In this document: piece by piece, positions 41,453-54,202 of the stretch
Layout of the letters: every line of letters begins with the position of its first letter
Position numbering within the stretch: position 1 is the first letter of the stretch
DNA from: Octopus sinensis
Taxonomy: Eukaryota
NCBI RefSeq assembly: GCF_006345805.1
Contig: NC_043006.1
Coordinates: 37,138,001-37,202,000 of the forward strand
DNA length: 64,000 nucleotides
Direction: 5' to 3'
Translations under genes and position numbers: made by a program
The notes under the pieces: generated by a model
What the model was told of the DNA's origin: nothing
What the model saw: the letters and a program-made list of their open reading frames with translations, nothing else
Databases searched by the model: none

Positions 41453-42303
41453 TTTATACACACACACACACTATATAATATATACGCACACACAAGAACT
41501 GAGCTTTATATATTTGCATATTTATTTACTTTTCATACATCACTGAAATCCTACTTCTTCCCGCTACTTAGCTCACACTCGCGCGTCCGCGCACACGCAC
41601 AAACACACGCAGACAGACTCACACACACAACTGTGATTAATGCGTAACTAATCCGGTCTCGTCGAACCAGACCGGGTTGGACTGATTATTTCATCCACGC
41701 AGCCCGCCAACCGACTAGACCAAACGTTTTTTGCGCTAAATATACTGACATCAATTTTGTTTCTATTTACCCCGGTTCTATAATAAATTCAACAGACAAG
41801 AAGGCGGAAAGAGAGATAGTGGGAGGAAAGAATTGAGGGAAGGATAGTGATCGAGAGAGGAAGTGAAGGACAGCAGTAGTAAAAAGGCAAAGAGATAAAA
41901 TGTGTGTGAGAGGGAGAGATACAGGGGAGATACGGAGAGACAGAAATGCGGAAGAAAGAAAGAGAAAGAGGTCAGAGAGAGAGAGACAGAAACAGAGAGA
42001 GAGAGAGAATGAGAGATATATAGAGAGAATTAGATCGTTTAACTTATCTTCAGTCTTTTACCTACTATTGGTTACAAATTTTGGCGCAAGACCTGCAATT
42101 TTAGGATACGTGGTTCGACGATTACAACGATCCCAGTACTCGACTGGTACTTATTTTATCAACCCCCAGAGGATGTAAGGCCGAATCAACCTCATCGGAA
42201 TTTCAGCTCAGAATGCAAAGAGCCAGAAAAAGGAATGCTGCTTATCATTTTTGCCCGACATATAACTGTCCTATCACTTCGACAATAACACGTTTTTACA
42301 CTA

Positions 42304-43030
42304 AGCACGCCGGGCGAAATGCTTAGCGGTATTTCGTCTGCCGCTACGTTCTGAGTTCAAATTCCGCTGAGGTCGACTTTGCCTTTCATCCTTTCGGGGT
42401 CGATTAATTAAGTACCAGTTACGCACTAAGTCGATATAATCGTCTTAATCCGTTTGTCTGTCCTTGTTTGTCCACTTGTGGGTAGTAAAGAAATAGGTAT
42501 TTCGTCTGCCGCTACGTTCTGAGTTCAAATTCCGCTGAGGTCGACTTTGCCTTTCATCCTTTCGGGTTCGATTAAATAAGTACCAGTTACGCACTGGGGT
42601 CGATTAATCGACTTAATCCGTTTGTCTGTCCTTGTTTGTTCCCTCTCTGTGTTCAGCCCCTTGTGTGTAATAAAGAAATAGGTATTTCGTCTGCCGCTAC
42701 GTTCTGAGCTCAAATTCCACCGAGGTCAACTTTGCCTTTCATCCTTTCGAAGTCGATTAAATAAGTACCAGTTACGCACTGGGGTCGTTATAATCAACTT
42801 AATCCGTTTGTCTGTCCTTGTTTGTCCTCTCTATGTTTAGCCCCTTGTGGGTAGTAAAGAAATAGGTATTTCGCCTGTCTTTATGTTCTGAGTTCAAATT
42901 CTTTCGAGGTCGACTCTGCCTTTCATCCTTTCGGGGGTTGATAAATTAAGTACCACTTGCGTACTGGAGTCGATCTAATCGATTGGCCTCCGGCCCCCAA
43001 ATTTTGGGCCTTGTGCCTAGAGTAGAAAAA
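42304..43030 (+). mobile_element. SINE family B, tetrameric form
   Basis: Body units start at 42328, 42496, 42681 and 42865; one head and one terminal tail. Confidence 0.9.
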
Positions 43031-43174
43031 ACAGGGCTAAGGGTAACAATATTGTTACTCCCTTACACCTTTTTTATGTATTGTTACCCTTAGCCCTGCT
43101 TTTTCTTGTGCTTGTGCGTATATAGACGTGGTATGAACCTTTATGGTGTGTGTGTGTGTGTGGGTTTGTGTTTG

Positions 43175-43209
<35 letters not shown>

Positions 43210-43622
43210 TATATTGGCCTGCTCGCTTAGCCAGCATTTGAAGGCTAAAACAATGCGAAGCGCATTGTAACCAGCGATGTGTAGCAACATCTGATAGCCT
43301 GGTCGGTCACGGTGATCACGGTGATATATATATATATATACACACATATATATATATTTGGTGAATGGTGCGGGTGAGGATATGTGTACGTTTCAAGTGA
43401 GGGTGGATGAGTGTATACCTTTAGGCGCATGCACGTGGGTGTGCGGGCGCGCATGTGTAGGTATGAACATGCGCGCTCACGCGAATACTATGAACTTTTT
43501 ATCCCCTTACTTTTACTCCCTCCCCTCACTTAGCGGTCATTCAAATAGCTCTTTTGTCTTAATAACAGTCAATCACATAGTAATTTCCCTTTGTATAACG
43601 GTCATTTTTCATAGTATTTTTC

Positions 43623-43702
43623 CGATGGCCGGATAACTGAAGAGATGGCGGCGTGGATTTCCACCCCGGCATCCGAAACTCGGAGTTTTATCATGGCTAC
43701 CG
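43623..43702 (+). ncRNA. Extended type-I hammerhead ribozyme (canonical core)
   Basis: Stem I tggcc-g-GATAA / TTATC-at-ggcta; CTGAAGA 43637-43643; long stem II GATG.CGG.GTGG-attt-CCAC.CCG.CATC; GAAA; stem III ACTC-G-GAGT; GTT triplet, predicted cut 43687/43688. Confidence 0.85.
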
Positions 43703-43727
43703 AATAATTGTCACATATTACATTTAC

Positions 43728-43807
<80 letters not shown>

Positions 43808-44820
43808 TAATGGACTCTCTCGTCCTTAGATGCGTATGAGGGCTCACCACATTTTAGAAATCAATAACATCTCTAAAGTAAAACCGCCTCCTGTTGCCAA
43901 ACCAAAGTAGTTGAGCCTAATCAACCGCGTGATCAACCAAAGGGCTATAGTATGAATGAATTTGATAGACGGAAACTGTGTGGAAGCCCGTTGCATATGT
44001 CTGGTCGTTCCTTTACTACTACTACCGTTTGAGAACCGGTTTGTTTTTTTGTTACCTGCTTTGAAACTTAGCGGATCGGCAAATCAGGTCGAGAGAACAA
44101 GTACCAGGCACCAGTACAAATACATCAGTACTTGGGTCGATTTGTTTGACTAAAAAAAACCCTTGAAGGCAGTACCCCAGCATGGCAGCAGTCCAATGAT
44201 ATAAACAAGTAAAAGATAAGCGACAAAAGAAAGATGGCTGCAGCAACTCTGTTGTATGCTCACCCTCGTCGTTCTCGTTACCACCACCGTTATCGTTGTT
44301 GTTGGTGTTTAGCCCTAGGTCTGGTGAAAGAAGACTTATGATTATCAACGTTCCAATGCTCTCACGTTATTTTTTTAAAGCCTATCACCGACTGCATTAA
44401 TCACCCTCTTCTTAACGTTTGTAAGTCAATAGGGCGGCAATGATTTAAAAGTATTTTCTGCTGTTTTTATCTAAGTAGTTCTAGAGACCGTCTAGTTGAT
44501 ATAGAGGAGAACTCCGTCAACGTTCTCTGCCTGCGAAATTTTAGTGCTTTTAAACGGGTGTGGCACCAGTTGGATCGTAAATAGTGCCGGTAGGGTAACA
44601 GGAAACTAATTATTTGTAAAGGTATGATGGTCTTGTTGGTGTTGTTTACGATATCATCTGCTATAATTTACACTTTAGTTCTATGTAACTGTAGAATGAT
44701 GTAAGTGTTTCAACCGATGTCGCCGTCTTTCTTCATATTTCCTTCCCGAAAATAAAATAGAAAAACACTAAAATGAGCTGCAGTAACATCAATACCTACA
44801 CTGCGGTTTTTTTTAATGCC

Positions 44821-44906
<86 letters not shown>

Positions 44907-45869
44907 TGTGTGTGTGTGTGGTGTGTGTGGTGTGTATATATGTATATATATATATATGTATGCATATTATATATATATGTATGTATATATATACACACAC
45001 ACATATATATATATATATCTTTATTGCCCACAAGGGGCAAAACATAGAGGGGACAAACAAGGACAAAAGGATTATGTGAGTATGTATGTATATAAGTGTG
45101 TGCATGTATGTATATATATGTATGTATGTGTGTATTTATGGCTTGCTGATGGATGTATTATGTATATTTTAATGTATACAGTTGTGAGTATATATGCACA
45201 TATAAATATACACACATATATACATGTACGTGCATACATACATGCGTATACAGGTTTAAGGCATGAGTATGTATATATCTGCATGTGTCACCAGTATCTC
45301 TGTGAGACTATTATATACTAAGATATATTACGGCACTCTGTCGGTTACGACGACGAGGGTTCCAGTTGATCCAAATTAACGTTCAAGCGGCTGAGTATTC
45401 CACAGAAACGTGTACCTTTAACGTAGTTCTCGGGGAGATTCAGCGTGACGTAGACTGTGGCTAGGCTGGCCCTTTTGAAATACAGGTACAATAGAAACAG
45501 GAAGAAAGAGTGAGAGATAGTTGTGGTGAAAGAGTACAGCAGGGTTTGCCACCATCCGCTGCTGAAGCCTCGTGCCGCTTTAGGTGTTTTCGCTCAATAA
45601 ACACACACAACGCCCAGTCTGGGAACGAAACCGCGATCCTATGACCGCGAGTCCGCTGCCCTAATAACTTCCCACTATAATATAGCATATCAAGTGTACG
45701 TATTCTGAAGAATGTGCATGCTGGAGCACCACCTTTATAGTCGAGCAAATTGACCCCAGAGCTTATTCTTTGTAAGCCTAGTACTTAATCTATAGGTCTC
45801 TTTTGCCGAACCGCTAAGTTACAGGGACGTAAACACACCAGCATCGGTTGTCAAGCGATGTTGGGGGTA

Positions 45870-45937
<68 letters not shown>

Positions 45938-45948
<11 letters not shown>

Positions 45949-46304
45949 CGATGGGCTTCTTCCAGTTTCCGCCTACCAAATCCACTCACAAGGTCGGTTC
46001 GAGGCTATAGTAGAAGACACTTGGCCAAGGTGCCACGCAGTGGGACTGAACCCGAGACCATGTGGTGGTAAGCAAGCTACTACCACGCAACCACTCCTGC
46101 GCCTTTATACACACCACACACACACACACACATATATATATACGATGGGCTTCTTCCAGTTTCCGCCTACCAAATCCACTCACAAGGTCGGTTCGAGGCT
46201 ATAGTAGAAGACACTTGGCCAAGGTGCCACGCAGTGGGACTGAACCCGAGACCATGTGGTTGGTAAGCAAGCTACTTACCACGCAACCACTCCTGCGCCT
46301 TTAT

Positions 46305-46320
<16 letters not shown>
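45938..46320 (-). repeat. ~194-bp tandem duplication of a SINE A head
   Basis: tacgatgggcttcttcc at 45947 and 46141; both copies share private variants (aaggtcggttcgagg, ttggcc, cccgag). Confidence 0.9.
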
Positions 46321-46338
<18 letters not shown>

Positions 46339-47120
46339 TTGAGTGAGTGTGTCTTTTAGTGCCCACCAACGCTGGACAGCGGTGTTGGTGTGTTTACGTC
46401 CCCATAACCTAGCGGTTCAGCTAAAGATATCGATGCAATAAGTTCCAGGCTTTGCCAAAAATTTACAAGTACTGGCGCGGGAAGCGGGGGTCAAGTCATT
46501 CGACTAAAAATTGCTCAAACGGTGCCCCAGCATGGCCGCAATCTAATGACTGAAACAAATAAAAGATAAAAAATAATAGACATCCGAAATAAGAAAAGTT
46601 TGTTAAGTAAATAGATTAGTTTTGAAACTTAATCTAAATCTAATTATTTTGATGAGCAGTACCTCATTATAGTATTTTATTTCTTGTTGCAGTCTGAGGA
46701 ACTTAAATGATGTTTTCAGTTACTGCTACATAATACTACAGAATAAATCTATAGATATCAGCCAACATTGCATGTGTTAATTACACTTAATTGAATACAT
46801 TAGATACATGTGAAGAGTTGTATCTTAATATATTTCTGTGGACAGAAGTGACAACCGTACTTGTTTCAATCAGTCCTGTGATGAAATTTATGTCTGTTTG
46901 GAAATCATTAGCTGAGAGAGAGAGAGAGGGGGGGGGAGAGAGAGAAAGAGGTGGGGAGCTTTTTGCAACTCAAGTTTTTACGTTGAAGTTGAATGGAGGG
47001 TTGAACCATATAAATGCTTGCCGACTGAAAGGCGTATATATACTGACACCCCGTCGGTTACGACGACGAGTGTTCCTGTTGATCCTATCAACGGAAGAGC
47101 CTTTTCGTGAAAGTAACGTG

Positions 47121-47321
47121 CTGCCACTTGCCATCATGGATGGACGTTTCAATGTCGCATGATAAATCAAGTTGTTGGGCAGGGCTCAAGGAAGAAGGCT
47201 CCATGGCGAAAACTTCATATTTCAAAAGGACAATACTCCTATTCATAAAGCAAATACAACTTTGGATTTCCTCCATGCAATTGGGGTTGAAGTCATGCCA
47301 TGGCCAGCAAGAAGTCTCGAC
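47121..47321 (+). mobile_element. Tc1-family transposase catalytic-domain fragment
   Basis: IMDGRFN...FIFQKDNTPIHKA...VMPWPARSLD; truncated by a cagtggcgg-terminated element at 47322. Confidence 0.8.
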
Positions 47322-49399
47322 CAGTGGCGGGTCTACAATACTGGGGGCCTGAAGCTTAAAATGCCGATTTTTTTTGCAGATTCGGAATCTCTGTAGTCGA
47401 AAAGTGGGTTTCTGTAGAAACCTCCCACCAAAAAGGAAAAAAGAAAAGAAAAGAAAAGAAAAGGAGTGTGGTCCATGTCCTTTATCTCAGCCAAGCCCTA
47501 GTCTCTGTTACTTTCGTAGTTTTGCAACGCTGTAAGAATTTTTTTTTATGCATGACGTAATATATAATTTCTACTTTACCTGATATAATTCCCCCGAATC
47601 TAATTTTACTTGAAATAAGGTGCTTCTGTGACAAACCGTTGTTATATGGTACACAAAAGGGAAAAGAAATGATATTTTTAATCCCATCTATACATTTCTT
47701 CAATAAAAAAATATATTCCTTTTATGCATTTTAAACGACTGAAAATGTCTCTTTGTTTTTAAATCTCTAATTTCGTTTTTCACACATGCACTTCTTGTGT
47801 GTTGGCTTTTTCTTCATTTTGAAAATACAATAAAGGAGAGAAAAGAGTTGTTTTTTAAAATAAGTATTGAAAATATTTCACACACACACACACGACATGC
47901 TTCTTTCAGTTTCCGTCCACCAGATCCATTCACAAGGCATTAGTCGACCCGGAGCTATAGTAGAAGACACTGCTCAAAGTACCACGCAATGGGACTGAAC
48001 CCGGAACCGTGTGGTTGGGAAGCAAACTTCTTACCACTGTGTGTGTACGTGCTTGTGTATGTCTGTGAATATGTCTTGTGTACGTGTATGTACGTGTGTG
48101 TGTGCGTTTGCATATGCGTATGGCTTAGAATTGATTGTGTTGATTACTAACTTTAGACCGGACAGTCTTGTTTTTTTTTTTTTTCTTTTTTTAGCATTCT
48201 ATTCTTCGTCCTGCAACAAGTCGAGCCGGGCGTTAATTTTGCCTTTTGAGACAACAACTTAAAAATACGAAAAAACAAAATGAAAGACTCGCATAAATTA
48301 CCTCGGATTTTCTTAAAACAATGAAGATCTTAACCGAGTTTATTAAAAAACCTTTAGTGATGCAAATAACAAAATTTTGCTCTAATTATAACATCAAAAC
48401 AACGTGATGATGTGTTATATTATTCTATATGTTATGTTGTTTTTAAATTAGTATTCGCTGCCTAGCAGTAATGTACAGCTCACAGTGTTGACACATAAGA
48501 GAGAAGCTTGGCCAAGGCCACCGTGGAAAGTGGTTGACTTGTTTTTCTCTTCCTGTTTTAAACAACTAAAGAAATGTCGAAAAAAAAGGTAACATTTAAC
48601 CAACAATTGGCCAAAGGTTATGGATTTGTTGTTGAAAAACAGAAAAGATAACTTCAATTTTTTCTTTTTTGTGTGTGATGTAAAAATTGGCAGTAAAGAA
48701 AGAGGTAGAGATCAATCAGGCGGTACTCCAATTAGACACTCGGTTAACACCCGCAGTAGCACTTGATAGGTCATAATTATCGCTGAACTTATTAAAAGGT
48801 GGGTGACTGTAGCTGAAATGGTCAGGGTGAACGGATGTATACACACATACAAGCCCGGGTACGCACAGAGTGATTGTGCAGAGGTGGGAGAGAAGCAGAG
48901 GATTGGTAATAGAAGCTTGCAGAGAAATGAGGCCAGGCAGGCGCCGTTGAGAAGTATTGTTATGGTAAGGAATGGTTGAGATTTGTATAGTAAACTTGCG
49001 GCCCGTATCTAGAGTGCGGGTAGTTCGCGGGGGTGGACAGAATTATATAGTAATATGACAGGGGGTATGGAGGAGCGCAGAGGGTCGGTATATTAAGTAA
49101 ACACAGTAACCAAATAAACTCAATATGCAATGCACATATGACACACATCGTGTGCAGAGTCATATGTAAAGTGTTTGCACACAGCTGCGCATAACAAATT
49201 CAACGCTGTCAAAAGTGCAGTTAATGGATCTCCGCCAGTTTCGACGACGACGAGTATTGCATGGCTTCATCAGCTGAATTACCTTTTGAATTAGCATGTA
49301 TGTGGCTGAGTATTCTACAGATTCATGTACCCATAACGTAACGTAATTGCTGACATAAAAAAAAAAAAACGCACGAGAATATCATTTTGATTAGTCTAT

Positions 49400-49720
49400 C
49401 TCTTGTTTCAACTCTGCAACTCTTGCGACATCGAAGTGGCGTCGCCATTCTTAGTTTTTCTCGATATTGCCATAGGAAGTGCTCTAAAGAACTTTCCTTC
49501 TTAGTTCCAGATCACTTTGCACCATCTCACCTGACTCAAAACTCACTCGGTCTTCATCCAAATGCTGTTGTGCTTCCACGAATAAGGAAGTCTTTTTATA
49601 GTTGTAGCTTTTTTTCTTTCTCGAATTGCCAGACATTGCAATTCTCTTCCATTTCATTGTTCCCCCCACCCCGCTTCTCATGAACTGAACACCTTCAAAT
49701 CTAAAGTAAACCCATTCCTT
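49400..49720 (+). mobile_element. CR1/Jockey-type LINE 3' fragment
   Basis: LRHRSGVAILSFSRYCHRKCSKEL...HPNAVVLPRIRKSFYSCSFF, then CNSLP and LNTFKSKVN after frameshifts: typical ORF2 C-terminus. Confidence 0.65.
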
Positions 49721-50913
49721 TCATTTCAATTTCTCCTTCTCCTTAGTTCCTTACACTAAGTGACTTTTCGCCTTGTTTGGGATTTTCAATTAAGGAAAAT
49801 AATATAAAAATTAGACGCACCGTAATTTACGCAGTTTTTAATGCATAAAAGCTAATGGAAAACCAAACTTTGCCTATAGGACCCGGGGTGACTTTTGGAA
49901 CATTTTTAGGGGTTGGGCTGGGAGGTGCTTCATATATGCCATCAAATACAATGAATCTCACGTAGTAAAAGAGAGACACAAAGTGTGGCAAGGCTGGCTT
50001 TTTTTTTTTCAAGGTTAGTTACAATCCTCAGAACAGGCTTCCATACAGCTTCTCTATATTCAATTTTGTTCGGATTAATTTGTATTTGGAAAACGGAAAC
50101 TGAAAGAACCTCACCCGGTATATGTATGTATGTTATATTTCTCTTTTTATTTAGAATAAATTTCAATCGCCTACCTACTTGTTAGCAAGATTCTTTTCTA
50201 CTCTAAGCACAAGGCCGGTGCGTAACTGGTACTTAATTTATCGACCCCGAAAGGATGAAAGGCAAAGTCGACCTCGGTCGAATTTGAACTCAGAACATAA
50301 AGACAGACGAAATACTGTTAAGCATTTCGCCCGGCGTGCTAACGGTTCTGCCAGCTCGCCGCCTTACATGGTAGCAAGATTGGGAAGGAAAGTATTTTTG
50401 TTTTACTTGTTTAATGAAAAAGGAAGAGGCCACACATTTTTTTAGAGCCTTTCAAACTGGTGAAAGGAAGTCTGGGGTAAGTGGGGAGAGTTATTCTGGA
50501 ACCGGAGCCCTAACCCAAATGCTTGTAATGGAGCGAACTCTACTAAAGGAATCCAAAGAACAAAATGATGATGTGAAACCGGACAACGTCATTACGTATG
50601 CGAAACATGTATGTTTTTCCTTCATCCTTCTGTGCGTGCACCTATGTCTCTGGGTTTTACGATGCGTGACACGTATTGGTAAGTCTTGCCCTTAACACTA
50701 GATTTAACAGCGAATTAGAAGGAGGAACGGAATAAAACACTAATGCGTGATTAATTAGCGTTTCCCCACCCCTCTTTTCTTTTTGATATTATTTTGTTGT
50801 TTGTTCTTTCGTTTCTTTTTTGTCCTAACTTACAATATGCACTAGACTGATAGCGGGTACATTTGCACTGGAGCATAACTGTACACTCAACTGACACACC
50901 CTCGTACGAACTC

Positions 50914-50969
<56 letters not shown>

Positions 50970-51300
50970 GTATATATATATAAAAATGTATATATATATA
51001 TATGTATATATATATATGTATATGTGTGTGTGTATGCATATATATATATGTATATGTGTGTGTGTGTGTATTTATATACACATATGTATGTGTATATATA
51101 CATTTATCAAGAGAAAGACAGAGAGAGAGAGAGAAAGAGAGATAATGTGGAGAACCATGAAAAGGTCGTCTACCACTATTCTTGTAATCTGTAGACCATT
51201 TCCACCACTGGTTCAGCCAGACATAGTTATAAGAGATGGGAAATGAGTGTCTGCTTCCGTACGTATGTGTATGTATCTTAGTGAGTGAATGAGTGCGTGT

Positions 51301-51345
<45 letters not shown>

Positions 51346-51811
51346 GAGAGATGGATGGAGGCATGTGTATGTCAGAGTGTATGATTAAGTTGTCTGGGAT
51401 TGACTGAAATATTAGACAAGGTATTTTAATACTAGAACAGGGAACAAAAATGAAATGTCTTGCGGTCACGTCCTCCTTATTTTCGAGTTCAAACCCTAGC
51501 AAAGCCGACTTTAGATTTCGTCCTTCTGGGGCCTGACAAAATAATATACCAGTCAATTACTGACGGTGATTTAATCAACTTGATTCCCTCCACCTCGATA
51601 TCTTTCACTCATCGTCTGTACCTGAAATTACTAGAATAAATTGCCAAGCATAGGTATGTAGTTAAGAAGCTCTCTTTGCAACCACCTGGTTCTGGGTTCA
51701 ATCTCAGTGCACGGCAACATGGGTAAGTGTTTTCTACTATCGCCTCGGGCCAACCAAAGCCTTGGGAATGACAGTGGCAGACGGGAACTATGTGGAAGCT
51801 CTTCATATATA

Positions 51812-51854
<43 letters not shown>

Positions 51855-51857
51855 CAC

Positions 51858-52753
51858 ACAAGGTGCGGTGAATGAAATGTCGTCTAAATTACCCAAAAAT
51901 GAAAATAACACTGGCATCTCATTTTAACAGATATATTTACCAAAATATATCTTGAAATACTAAAGAGTAAATTTATTCAATAAAATCGCCTCGCCATTGG
52001 CTTCAACCACAGCTCACAGACGACGTCGGAATCTCCTACAACTCTTCTTGATGGTCTACTTGTTTAAGTTGGTGAATGCTGTCATAATCCTTACCTTCAG
52101 ATCGTCTTTGGTGTTACAAGGAGTTTTCATGGACTCTCGCTCAACTGCTCCCCACACATAATAATCAAGGGGGTTGCAGTCTGGGGAGCTAGGTGGTCGG
52201 GTGTTAAGGATGATGTGGTTGCAGAAATTATCTGACAGCCATGACTAGGTTCTCCTGCGTGTATGGCATGGTGCTGAGCCCTGTTGCCAGGCATAGGATC
52301 TTCCAGTGGCCACCCTCTTGACCTAGGGCAGCACTACCTCCTCCATGCACTCGATGTAGGCCTCCGTGTTGAGTCTAAGGACGTGTGGAAAGATGAATGG
52401 AGGCATAACGTTGCCACTACTAGTGATCACTTTCAGACACCATGATGTTGACTGGATGTTTGATTTTCATCACTCTCAGTACATGTCCTCAGATTGCACT
52501 TTCCTGAGATTGACACCCAAACACACTGAAATGTTCGTAATGGAGCTTCCGGCGCGAATACCAAGCAGTACAGCAGATCGTTTCAAAATTTCTGACAGAC
52601 GGAATTGCGTCATGGTGCTGTTTTTCTCACAGACCGTGTCCAACTGACCCTATTATATTGTGTAGTCGACAAAATCATAAACAAGCAATGCGTATGCGCT
52701 AAATTTTAAAAAAAAATCCTAAAATGGTGACAGCTTACTCATCGCACCCTGTA
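51858..52753 (-). mobile_element. Internally deleted maT-family (DD37D) Tc1/mariner element
   Basis: Imperfect TIRs cagggtgcgatga / caaggtgcggtga; KHPVNIMV, WQQ(G)SAPCHT...PPSSPDCNPLDYYVWG with 37 residues between the catalytic positions; N-terminal HTH remnant; stops. Confidence 0.88.
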
Positions 52754-52791
52754 TATACATACACATATAATTCTTAAACAAGAATATTATC

Positions 52792-52844
52792 GACAGTGAC
52801 TTCGAAGTTTCAGCCATTTATGCCATCGTCGGACGACGTCACTG
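52792..52844 (-). ncRNA. Hammerhead-like motif with CCGACGA core
   Basis: gt CCGACGA TGGCATAAATGGCT GAA ACTTCGAAGT C actg; perfect 10-nt palindromic stem III and GTC triplet; stem II partly decayed. Confidence 0.55.
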
Positions 52845-53099
52845 ACATGTCAATAACATTCTTGCATAAGAATAATGAATTTGTTTTCTACAAAAACATG
52901 GAGTAATCCTGAACAAACATTTATATATATATATATATATATTGTAATTGAAAGACGGAAGATGGAATATACGAGATAATAATATCAGTCACGACAATTG
53001 TTTCGAGACGTCTAACATCGATCCCCCATGGTTGGGACTTAACAAACGGTTCTGGAGTATCCAGCGGTGCAGATGCGTCTCGTATATATATATATATAT

Positions 53100-53133
<34 letters not shown>

Positions 53134-53280
53134 GTATATATATATCTGCGATGGACTGGCGTCCCGTCCAGCTGGGGGGAACACATACGCCACAGAAACC
53201 GGGAAACGGGCCCATGAGCATGGCTAGGCTTGAAAAGGGCGCATAAATAAAATAAAAATATATATATATGTATATGCATC

Positions 53281-53380
<100 letters not shown>

Positions 53381-53640
53381 ATATATATATATATATATAT
53401 CTATATATATATATATATGCACACACTACATATACAGACACACATTATTCTTTGTAAGCCTAGTACTTATTCTATCGGTCTCTTTTGCGAACCACTAAGT
53501 TACGGGGACGTAAATACACCAGCATCGGTTGTTAAGCTATGTTGGGGGGACAAACACAGACACACAAGCATACACACAGACACACATACATATATGTATA
53601 CATACATATATACGGCGGGCTTCTTTAGTTTCCGTCTACA

Positions 53641-53875
53641 TAAATACATACATACATACATACATACATACATACAATAGGCATAGGAGTGGCTGTGTGG
53701 TAAGTAGCTTGCTTACCAGCCACATGGTTCCGGGTTCAATCCCGAGGCTATAGTAGAAGATACTTGCCCAAGGTGCCACGCAGTGGGACTGAACCCGGAA
53801 CCATGTGGCTGGTAAGCAAGCTACTTACCACACAGCCACTCCTATGCCTATTGTATGTATGTATGTATGTATTTA
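53641..53875. repeat. Inverted duplication of SINE A head plus flank (83-bp perfect arms)
   Basis: 53656-53738 is the reverse complement of 53790-53872, with a 51-nt spacer. Confidence 0.92.
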
Positions 53876-54202
53876 TGTATGTATAAATCTCTCTATATAT
53901 ATATAAATGTCTATTTTTATGTTCACATGCATATATTCATACATGCGTATATATTATGTGTCTTTGTGTTTGTTCTGACAATCCGTGATGGTTTGTTTAC
54001 GTCCCCAAACGTAGAGGTTCGGCAGAAAGAAAACCGATGGAATAAGTCTCAGGCTTTAAAAAATACTGTGGTCGATTTGTTCGACTAAATCTTTTGAGGT
54101 TATGCTTCAGCTTGGTCGCAATCCGCTGAGTGAAACAAAAAAAAAAGGCCTGATAAAGCTGACACACCACCCCAACCCCACTCTTCAAAACTCTGTCTAT
54201 AT

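Noticed and set aside
42328-43030. Regularly spaced repeats resembling a CRISPR array
   Set aside because: Whole ~185-bp SINE units with no unique spacers; eukaryotic context, no cas genes.
48740-48960. Possible second CR1-type LINE tail (minus strand; HPFTL, NYDLS..VNR)
   Set aside because: Too degenerate to call by eye.
50446-50476. 31-nt AG..GTAAGT exon candidate
   Set aside because: Not frame-preserving, with no partner exons or homology.
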